DNA of 31,187 nt from a virus (Duplodnaviria > Caudoviricetes), in IMG/VR virus record IMGVR_UViG_3300017700_000350, positions 1 through 31,187 of that record; one strand, written 5' to 3'. The notes under the pieces were generated by a model. It did not search any database. It was not told where the DNA came from and saw only the letters and a program-made list of their open reading frames with translations. Position 1 is the stretch's first letter, and the number at the start of each line of letters is the position of its first letter. Shown piece after piece: positions 25,800-31,187 of the stretch. The position numbers and the translations under genes are program-made.

Positions 25800-25973
25800 T
25801 TAAGCCTTTCTATCTCTCATCAAGACAAGCAGTCTTTGAACGACCAACGGAACAGGATCAGTACCAGCAGCAAACCGCCTTATTGATCTATCCGAATAGC
25901 CAATGAAGCGCCCGAACTGCGTCTGGTTGTAGCCGACGCGGACGAGGTGAGCGCGGAAGGCTTCGGGGGTCAT
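25800..25973 (-). CDS. small XRE-like HTH regulator (57 aa; not in ORF track)
   Basis: MTPEAFRAHLVRVGYNQTQFGRFIGYSDRSIRRFAAGTDPVPLVVQRLL; ATGA-coupled to the upstream ORF. Confidence 0.75.
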   Translation of the reverse strand: MTPEAFRAHLVRVGYNQTQFGRFIGYSDRSIRRFAAGTDPVPLVVQRLLVLMRDRKA

Positions 25974-26287
25974 GCGGCGAGAAACCGCTTGGGAACGGCC
26001 CGCCCGCCGTCAAACTCTGTCGGAAGCCCGGTCATCGTATTGCGCGGGCAATAGGCGTACTGGCGATCCATCTCGCCGTCGCAGTCGCTGCCCCGGCTGT
26101 AGCAAACGCCGAAGTCGAAGGCCCCGCCGCTAGCTCGGATATGGGAGGCGCACTGAACGGCCTCTGTGCGTGTTTCCCAATAGTAGCACTCCACGATCTC
26201 GTCGCCGTCCATTTCCTCGACAACCCACTCGTAGGTCGCGCGGACCTTCTCGGGATCGATTTCGACTGAAAGGTGAGGGCTGGCCAT
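25970..26287 (-). CDS. acidic hypothetical protein (105 aa), candidate anti-defence protein
   Basis: GGAGA RBS before MASPH; first gene after its own promoter; acidic and aromatic-rich. Confidence 0.7.
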   Translation of the reverse strand: MASPHLSVEIDPEKVRATYEWVVEEMDGDEIVECYYWETRTEAVQCASHIRASGGAFDFGVCYSRGSDCDGEMDRQYAYCPRNTMTGLPTEFDGGRAVPKRFLAA

Positions 26288-26327
26288 CTGTCTTCTCCAT
26301 CCGGGCAACACGCCCTTGAATGAGGAC

Positions 26328-26356
26328 AATATGGCCTAGACGTTATAGGCCGTCAA
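26328..26356 (-). promoter_or_regulatory. sigma70-like promoter with palindromic operator
   Basis: TTGACG-17 nt-CATATT; GGCCTA-N7-TAGGCC inverted repeat (26333-26351) spans the spacer. Confidence 0.75.
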
Positions 26357-26541
26357 GTCCTATTTCGCATCGCCGCCCACTGTTTCGCGAAGGCATTTGG
26401 CACAGCGTCGAACCGATCAAGATGCTGGACAACAGGCATCCCTTGGGAGTTTCTGAAGGCCAGCCATCGGTCGCGGGCTTCGCGGCTTTTCTCGCAGGAA
26501 TAGGAGCGGACAGCGTATAGGCCGTCGTGCGGGTCATTCAT
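26353..26541 (-). CDS. hypothetical protein (frame uncertain; alternative 26343..26537)
   Basis: MNDPHDGLYAVR... overlaps the ninB end; two candidate frames. Confidence 0.4.
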   Translation of the reverse strand: MNDPHDGLYAVRSYSCEKSREARDRWLAFRNSQGMPVVQHLDRFDAVPNAFAKQWAAMRNRT

Positions 26542-26929
26542 CGGGCTTGTCGCTCCATTCGATATTGTTCTCGTTCCCCCACGCATAAACCACAGACAGG
26601 AGGCCGCTAAACTCTTCCTTGCTTAGTGCCGATGTGGATTTGCCGACACTGACGAACCGTTTGCCGTCGAGGCTGGGTAGCAGCCTGATTTCTGCGTCCA
26701 AGGCGTCCAGAAACAACAGCTTCCAATCCCTGACCGGGAGTTTGACGCCATGATAATCTTTCTGTCTGGCAATGTCGCCAATGGCTGCGTGTAGCGCGTC
26801 ATTTTGGGGGATGCTCCGAGATGGGCCGTGGAAGACTACCTTTGAGCCTGTAGCCACGCCCTGACACCACCGAGAGGCTTTGTCCCTGTCGGCCTGCGTT
26901 CGGAGCGTGACTACAGCTCTATCAGACAT
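26534..26929 (-). CDS. ninB: NinB/Orf-family recombination protein
   Basis: RSIPQNDALHAAIGDIARQ, WK.LF..AL, STSALSKEEFS.L motifs. Confidence 0.88.
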   Translation of the reverse strand: MSDRAVVTLRTQADRDKASRWCQGVATGSKVVFHGPSRSIPQNDALHAAIGDIARQKDYHGVKLPVRDWKLLFLDALDAEIRLLPSLDGKRFVSVGKSTSALSKEEFSGLLSVVYAWGNENNIEWSDKPDE

Positions 26930-27306
26930 CAAAACGGCAGGGGGTCGTCGCGGCCATCAGTCGGCAACGAAGCGCGTCCAGCGGGGCCACTATAGCCTTC
27001 GTCGGCGTCGCTGGCCTTCTTGCCGCCTTGCAGCGTGACTTGATCGACCCGGATACCGAGATAGGTCTTCCCGTCATGTTCACGGCGCGACAGATCGCCC
27101 GACACCGTAACCGGCGTTCCTTTGAGCAGGAAGGGAGCGAGCGAATCACCGCGCTTGCCCCAAATCGAGCACTCAAAGAAGATGGCCGTTTTCTCGCGGC
27201 CTTGGCGGTCATCGACGGCAACCGAGAAGCCACAGACGTTATCCTGCCCGGCTTGGCAAACCTCTGCGTCTTTGGTGACGCGGCCTGCAATCGTGATCTG
27301 TTTCAT
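26929..27306 (-). CDS. ssb: single-stranded DNA-binding protein
   Basis: ITIAGRVTKDAE, FSVAV, CSIWGKR, LLKGTPVTVSG OB-fold; C-terminal DDPLPF. Confidence 0.95.
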   Translation of the reverse strand: MKQITIAGRVTKDAEVCQAGQDNVCGFSVAVDDRQGREKTAIFFECSIWGKRGDSLAPFLLKGTPVTVSGDLSRREHDGKTYLGIRVDQVTLQGGKKASDADEGYSGPAGRASLPTDGRDDPLPF

Positions 27307-27308
27307 TC

Positions 27309-27545
27309 TTAGCCCTCCACGCTTTGCAGATACAAGTCCACAAGCGTCTGTTCTTCCTGTCGCTTGGCCTTGTCTTGCTTAATCAGCTTCAGCACCTTGC
27401 GCATGATTTTGGTGTCGTAGCCCGCACCCTTGGCCTCCGCAAAGACCTCTTTCATATCAGCGGACACGGCGGATTTGTCATCGTCCAGACGCTCAAGGCG
27501 CTCCATGAACGATTGCAGCATTCCCGAGTTTATCGCGTCAGTCAT
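27309..27545 (-). CDS. gapR: GapR/DUF2312-family DNA-binding protein
   Basis: LQSFMERLERL..DK..VS.DMKEVFAEAKG.GYDTKIMRKVL.L......R.E...L.DLY. Confidence 0.9.
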   Translation of the reverse strand: MTDAINSGMLQSFMERLERLDDDKSAVSADMKEVFAEAKGAGYDTKIMRKVLKLIKQDKAKRQEEQTLVDLYLQSVEG

Positions 27546-28295
27546 TTAGGCGGCTCCAAGTTCTTTCTTGCGGGCATCGACAGCCTCGCGGATTTGAACC
27601 CGCCAGCCACGCGGCAGGGTTTTGATTACGTCGTCATGGTCGCGGCACCACGTCTTCCAGACTTCCATTGTCGGGATAATATCGACAGCGGAAAGCCAGC
27701 CGTCGAACGTCTCGCCCAGCCCCTCTGCCTTGGCCTTGGCAGCGGACATTCCGGCCTCGCCGTTACAGCCGTACCAGTCCTCGCCTTCTGGGCTTACGCC
27801 GCCGTTGCCTTTCAGCCGTTCGGCAAAGTCAGCCTTGACCTCTTGAACGTATTTCGAGTCGTCAAACAGGCCCATGTGTACGTCAGCCGCGACACCGAGG
27901 AACTTAAAGGCGTTCATGATTGCGTCCGTGAACGCCTTTTTGAAAGCCTCGTCATCGTTCTCCCACCGCTCAGGCCGGTTGTATTGCTCGTTGGCCTTGA
28001 TGTAGGTCACGACCTTATCGCCGCCGACGCCCCACACGACGTTAGCCGTTGCGCCGCACCAGCCCGAAACCGTGCAGTAAACCAGCACCTCACCGTTATT
28101 GCCCGGCACGATCTGGAATGAAGGCTCATTGATCCCCCATCCTTCGCCGCATGGCCCGAACTCTTCGGTAAGCCGCTTGATGACCCACATGGGCTTAACG
28201 GCGGTTCCAGAGAACCCACCAGCGCGCTTGAAGCCCTTAGTGTGGGCCGGGTCTGTTTTGGACAGCGCGTCCCAAATCCGCATTGTCTCACTCAC
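27546..28295 (-). CDS. Rad52/Sak-like single-strand annealing protein
   Basis: W.IKRLTEEFGPCG.GWG and DEAFKKAFTDAI..AFKFLGVAADV motifs; next to SSB; GTG start coupled by GTGA. Confidence 0.8.
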   Translation of the reverse strand: MSETMRIWDALSKTDPAHTKGFKRAGGFSGTAVKPMWVIKRLTEEFGPCGEGWGINEPSFQIVPGNNGEVLVYCTVSGWCGATANVVWGVGGDKVVTYIKANEQYNRPERWENDDEAFKKAFTDAIMNAFKFLGVAADVHMGLFDDSKYVQEVKADFAERLKGNGGVSPEGEDWYGCNGEAGMSAAKAKAEGLGETFDGWLSAVDIIPTMEVWKTWCRDHDDVIKTLPRGWRVQIREAVDARKKELGAA

Positions 28296-28507
28296 TTGGC
28301 TTCCTCCATTGCCGCGCGTTGCGCTTCTTCGTACTGATTGAGGGCCTTCTGACACTCTTTAGCATAGCGTTCAGCATCAGGGCCGGGGCGGGTTAGAAAT
28401 GTCTCCCGTGTCATCACCACGCTAAACCGGGATGCGGGGTAGTAGTGGCCTCCGTGGTCTTTCCAAAGCTGGCCTTCGCGGAAGATGATGAGTGGACGGT
28501 CAGTCAT
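28292..28507 (-). CDS. hypothetical early protein
   Basis: MTDRPLIIF start overlapping the upstream stop; in a coupled array. Confidence 0.65.
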   Translation of the reverse strand: MTDRPLIIFREGQLWKDHGGHYYPASRFSVVMTRETFLTRPGPDAERYAKECQKALNQYEEAQRAAMEEAK

Positions 28508-28697
28508 CTTTAGCCGCCTCAACGTCAGTCTTGGCCAGCGACAGAAACGCTATCGCCGTGTCCCACGTTTGGTTTTCAGGAGCCGTCCGACCCTTGGCTG
28601 AGTTCAGGCAGTCAATCGCCATCTGAAAGCCAAGAGCCATTCCTTCGTTGACCGCGCCCTCAAGATGCTTTTTCAGAATCTCATCAAGGCTGCGCAT
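28500..28697 (-). CDS. hypothetical early protein
   Basis: Overlapping small ORF in the array. Confidence 0.65.
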   Translation of the reverse strand: MRSLDEILKKHLEGAVNEGMALGFQMAIDCLNSAKGRTAPENQTWDTAIAFLSLAKTDVEAAKDD

Positions 28698-28887
28698 CGT
28701 TCTTCCCCTTCGCTAGTGCTGCTTTGCTTAGTCTTGATGTGGCGGACCAGAGGCGGGCGATCTGGTCAGGCGTTAGATCGGTAAGCCGCTCGACACGGCC
28801 TATCTCACAGGTCAATCCGGAGATAACTTGCTCGAATGTCAGGGTCTGATTGCGGAGGCCGCGCATGGAATCAATAACGTCAGTCAT
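28684..28887 (-). CDS. hypothetical early protein
   Basis: ATGA-coupled small ORF. Confidence 0.65.
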   Translation of the reverse strand: MTDVIDSMRGLRNQTLTFEQVISGLTCEIGRVERLTDLTPDQIARLWSATSRLSKAALAKGKNDAQP

Positions 28888-29162
28888 TGGCCGGTCGCCT
28901 TGGCGATTGCGGCGCGGGCTGCGTCCTGTGCGTCAAGGTGAGCAGAGGTTGGCACACACGCGGCGTCTTGTTCGTCGTAGTGCAACAAGATGATAAGGGC
29001 GCTCAGCAGATCAGGAGCGGCGGCGATCAGGCGGGCGTCATCACATTCTGGGTCAATCCACATTCCCTCGTATGGGATTGTCTCGATGACCCGCTTTCCG
29101 TTTGAGCCGATCAGTTCGTCGCCAGACCAAAGCCACGGCGAAGGCGTATGTGCGGCGCTCAT
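28884..29162 (-). CDS. conserved phage hypothetical protein (HTPGPW/ARLIAAAPDLL type)
   Basis: HTPSPW...DARLIAAAPDLL.AL...ARAAIAKATG. Confidence 0.8.
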   Translation of the reverse strand: MSAAHTPSPWLWSGDELIGSNGKRVIETIPYEGMWIDPECDDARLIAAAPDLLSALIILLHYDEQDAACVPTSAHLDAQDAARAAIAKATGQ

Positions 29163-29467
29163 TTCCCCGCTCCTGTGATGTTGGTTTCACGAAGCAACTC
29201 TTCGATCTGGTCTGGCCAAACCCACCAAACCGGGTATGTGCCGTCATCTGTGGCGCGCATGAAGTCGCCGCCGTTTCGCATCCGATTTCCGGCCTGATCG
29301 AAACATAGGGCGGTGAAATGTGGCCCCCGCCAGCCTGCGTCGTCGCCATGCTCTGTGTTTTTGTAGTGTGGGTGCGAGGTCAAGGCGCGCATTGCCCGAT
29401 TGACCCAATCTTGCTGACAACTAAACGACTGACCCGCGACAGGAACGAACGGCGATTCATCGGCCAT
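29159..29467 (-). CDS. hypothetical early protein
   Basis: GGAGG RBS and TGATG coupling. Confidence 0.7.
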   Translation of the reverse strand: MADESPFVPVAGQSFSCQQDWVNRAMRALTSHPHYKNTEHGDDAGWRGPHFTALCFDQAGNRMRNGGDFMRATDDGTYPVWWVWPDQIEELLRETNITGAGK

Positions 29468-29694
29468 CAGCCAATCCTCCGGAAGCTACCGGAAACCTCA
29501 ACGGGCCGGTAATCGTAGTCAGCGACTGACAGGCGAAGGCCCAGCAGCTTCTTACGGCATTGCTCCGCGCTCTTGAGGTTGTCGAGACGCGTATCCCAGC
29601 AATAGGCCGTGCGGAGATTGCGGAGGGCCGACTTGTAGCAGCGCAGCAGCATAGCGCGCTCAAACGGACTGGAATGGGGCTGGTCGATGTTCAT
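29467..29694 (-). CDS. hypothetical early protein
   Basis: GGAGGGAG RBS and ATGA coupling. Confidence 0.65.
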   Translation of the reverse strand: MNIDQPHSSPFERAMLLRCYKSALRNLRTAYCWDTRLDNLKSAEQCRKKLLGLRLSVADYDYRPVEVSGSFRRIG

Positions 29695-29840
29695 TTGACT
29701 CCCTCCGCTGCAAGGCGTTCGTCACAAAGTTGCACGGTTTCCCGCGAGCGCATCCGAACATCAAACGGCAAGTTTTTGTTCATGACGCGGGCCATCGCCT
29801 CGGCGCGGATTTGCTGAACTTGTTTGTATGTAGCGGTCAT
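29691..29840 (-). CDS. first leftward early gene (49 aa; not in ORF track)
   Basis: AAGGGAGAG RBS; MTATYKQVQQIRAEAMARVMNKNLPFDVRMRSRETVQLCDERLAAEGVK*; ATGA overlap downstream. Confidence 0.7.
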   Translation of the reverse strand: MTATYKQVQQIRAEAMARVMNKNLPFDVRMRSRETVQLCDERLAAEGVK

Positions 29841-29861
29841 GTGTCTCTCCCTTGTTGGACA

Positions 29862-29947
29862 CATATAGCCACAGCAGCAGCCAGACCGTCAAGCGATTAT
29901 TTCGCGTCATTTTCGCTATTGTCACGCCGTCCGTTGTCGGGTAGCGT
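29862..29947. promoter_or_regulatory. divergent promoter region
   Basis: Leftward TTGACG (29892-29887)...GCTATATG with a 19-nt spacer to TATATG; rightward TTGTCA-17 nt-TAGCGT ending 7 nt before ATG 29955. Confidence 0.65.
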
Positions 29948-29954
29948 TCTGGCC

Positions 29955-30131
29955 ATGACTGAAAAAGCTTACCTTAACCACCTGTCGCCTGTTGAGCGGG
30001 CTGCGCTGGCGCATCATTTGCAAGCGGCCAGCGACCACCGCGAAGAGGCCAAGGTTCACGCCAAATGGGCGAAACAAATCATCGACCGCGCTCGCGCTCG
30101 CATGAAAGCTAAGGGAGAGAATGATGCTTAA
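29955..30131 (+). CDS. first rightward gene (58 aa), probably leaderless
   Basis: MTEKAYLNHLSPVER...; ATG lies at the expected transcription start and lacks an SD. Confidence 0.65.
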   Translation: MTEKAYLNHLSPVERAALAHHLQAASDHREEAKVHAKWAKQIIDRARARMKAKGENDA

Positions 30132-30405
30132 CGCAATCCGCCGCCTTATCCAGCGTTATGGGTTCTTTAAGAGGGCCGAAGACCCACAAATCGCCCTCGG
30201 TTTGCTCTGCGACAATTTCCCTAACCACCCCTTCTACACCGAGGAAAAGCGCAAGAACGAACGCCTCGCTCAAATCGCCCGTGAACGTGACACGCTGAAA
30301 AACGAGCTGGCAAAGGCCATCCGGCAGAAAACCAAGCGTTCGGGCATCTACGCTGAAATCAAGGCGCTGAAGACCGAGGAAATGCGGCTGGAGAGCGGAA
30401 AATGA
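30124..30405 (+). CDS. hypothetical basic coiled-coil protein
   Basis: AAGGGAGAG RBS; ATG 30121 or 30124. Confidence 0.7.
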   Translation: MLNAIRRLIQRYGFFKRAEDPQIALGLLCDNFPNHPFYTEEKRKNERLAQIARERDTLKNELAKAIRQKTKRSGIYAEIKALKTEEMRLESGK

Positions 30406-30605
30406 AGTGGCTGATTTTCTCGATCCTCAAGCCAGTGTTTGCCTTGGGTGTCTGGTATGGGTCTGATGACCGCCTAGCCTCCCACTTCGGCATTCCGGCC
30501 CTTGGCGACGTGCCGTGGATTCTGACGCTTGCCGTGATGTTTTTTATCAGTCTGGCAAGCGAACAGTACAGCATTGTCCGTGTGATGGAATGGCCGAAGC
30601 CATGA
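30402..30605 (+). CDS. small two-TM membrane protein
   Basis: Two hydrophobic segments; ATGA coupling at both ends. Confidence 0.65.
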   Translation: MKWLIFSILKPVFALGVWYGSDDRLASHFGIPALGDVPWILTLAVMFFISLASEQYSIVRVMEWPKP

Positions 30606-30754
30606 CCCCTCCCCCTACCGCATCACGCTGGATGGCTGTGAACGCTTGGCGGAAGCTGGAATGCGGCTGGTCGCTGAAGGGCTGTGCGGATTACTACCGC
30701 GTCTCGCCTTCCGGGCTTGATCTAGCGATCTGGAAGATGAGGGCCGCACAATGA
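30602..30754 (+). CDS. small possible HTH protein (50 aa)
   Basis: GWSLKGCADYYRVSPSGL resembles a helix-turn-helix; ATGA coupling at both ends. Confidence 0.55.
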   Translation: MTPPPTASRWMAVNAWRKLECGWSLKGCADYYRVSPSGLDLAIWKMRAAQ

Positions 30755-31092
30755 TCGAACTGCCTTTCCCTGCCAAAGACCTGTGGCCAAACTCGCGGCC
30801 TCACTTCATGGCCAAAGCTAGGGCCGTCAAAAAGGCTCGGGCTTGGGCATATACAGCGACACTGGCAGCCAAGGTTCCAAAGCCTGAAGGCCGGATGAAT
30901 ATCCGTCTGCTGGTCCATCCTCGCACGGCAAACAGGCCAGACGCCGATAACGTCATCGCAGCTTGCAAGGCGCTTCTGGACGGCATGGCAGAGGCGCTTG
31001 GCGTGGATGATAGCACCTTCAACGCCCCTACAGTCGTCTTTTGTATGCCTGCCAAGGGTGGGAGGCTGTTTATTGAGTTGTCGCCGGAATGA
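30751..31092 (+). CDS. rusA: RusA-like Holliday junction resolvase
   Basis: LPFP...PN.R and RPDADN.....K..LDG...ALG.DD catalytic pattern. Confidence 0.8.
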   Translation: MIELPFPAKDLWPNSRPHFMAKARAVKKARAWAYTATLAAKVPKPEGRMNIRLLVHPRTANRPDADNVIAACKALLDGMAEALGVDDSTFNAPTVVFCMPAKGGRLFIELSPE

Positions 31093-31187
31093 ACCGCGAA
31101 CCGGTCGAAATCCACCCGCGCAAGTCCTTCACCAAAAAGCAGCGGTTGGAGATATTCACAAGGGCCGAGGGGCGGTGTCAGTGTGGA
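31089..31187 (+). CDS. partial protein, probable HNH endonuclease N-terminus
   Basis: MNREPVEIHPRKSFTKKQRLEIFTRAEGRCQCG; truncated by the window edge. Confidence 0.55.
   Translation, partial: MNREPVEIHPRKSFTKKQRLEIFTRAEGRCQCG

Noticed and set aside
27324-28121. 265-aa plus-strand ORF
   Set aside because: Antisense to gapR and the annealase gene.
1-31187. Prophage boundary, integrase, att site or alternative genetic code
   Set aside because: No host genes or integrase are present, and genes read through fully in the standard code using all three stop codons.

Overview
A 31 kb section of a tailed dsDNA phage with P22-like podovirus architecture. The host is probably an alphaproteobacterium (inferred from a GapR/DUF2312 homologue, high GC and Caulobacter-like promoters). 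One long minus-strand run goes from a divergent promoter region (~29.9 kb) through small early genes, a Sak/Rad52-like annealase, GapR-like protein, SSB and NinB. It continues through terminase, portal, scaffold, major capsid, head-tail joining proteins, three ejection proteins, a tail-collar fibre, a beta-helix tailspike and a holin/endolysin/spanin cassette. Plus-strand arrays of small, translationally coupled ORFs lie at both ends. No integrase or CI repressor is visible. Five features stand out. (1) A promoter- and terminator-flanked tRNA-like RNA with a canonical Arg(ACG) anticodon loop but abnormal D/T loops, next to an HNH gene, lies antisense inside the lysis cassette. (2) A glycosyltransferase/Maf-like fusion, a TM peptide and an FkbM methyltransferase sit inside the head module (candidate virion glycosylation). 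(3) An acr-aca-like promoter/operator + acidic ORF + HTH cassette lies upstream of terS. (4) Inverted GTAG + GNA-triloop hairpin sites occur in the variable small-gene array. (5) A peptide + 5-TM protein pair precedes the holin. All functional calls come from visual motif recognition and synteny; no database searches were run.
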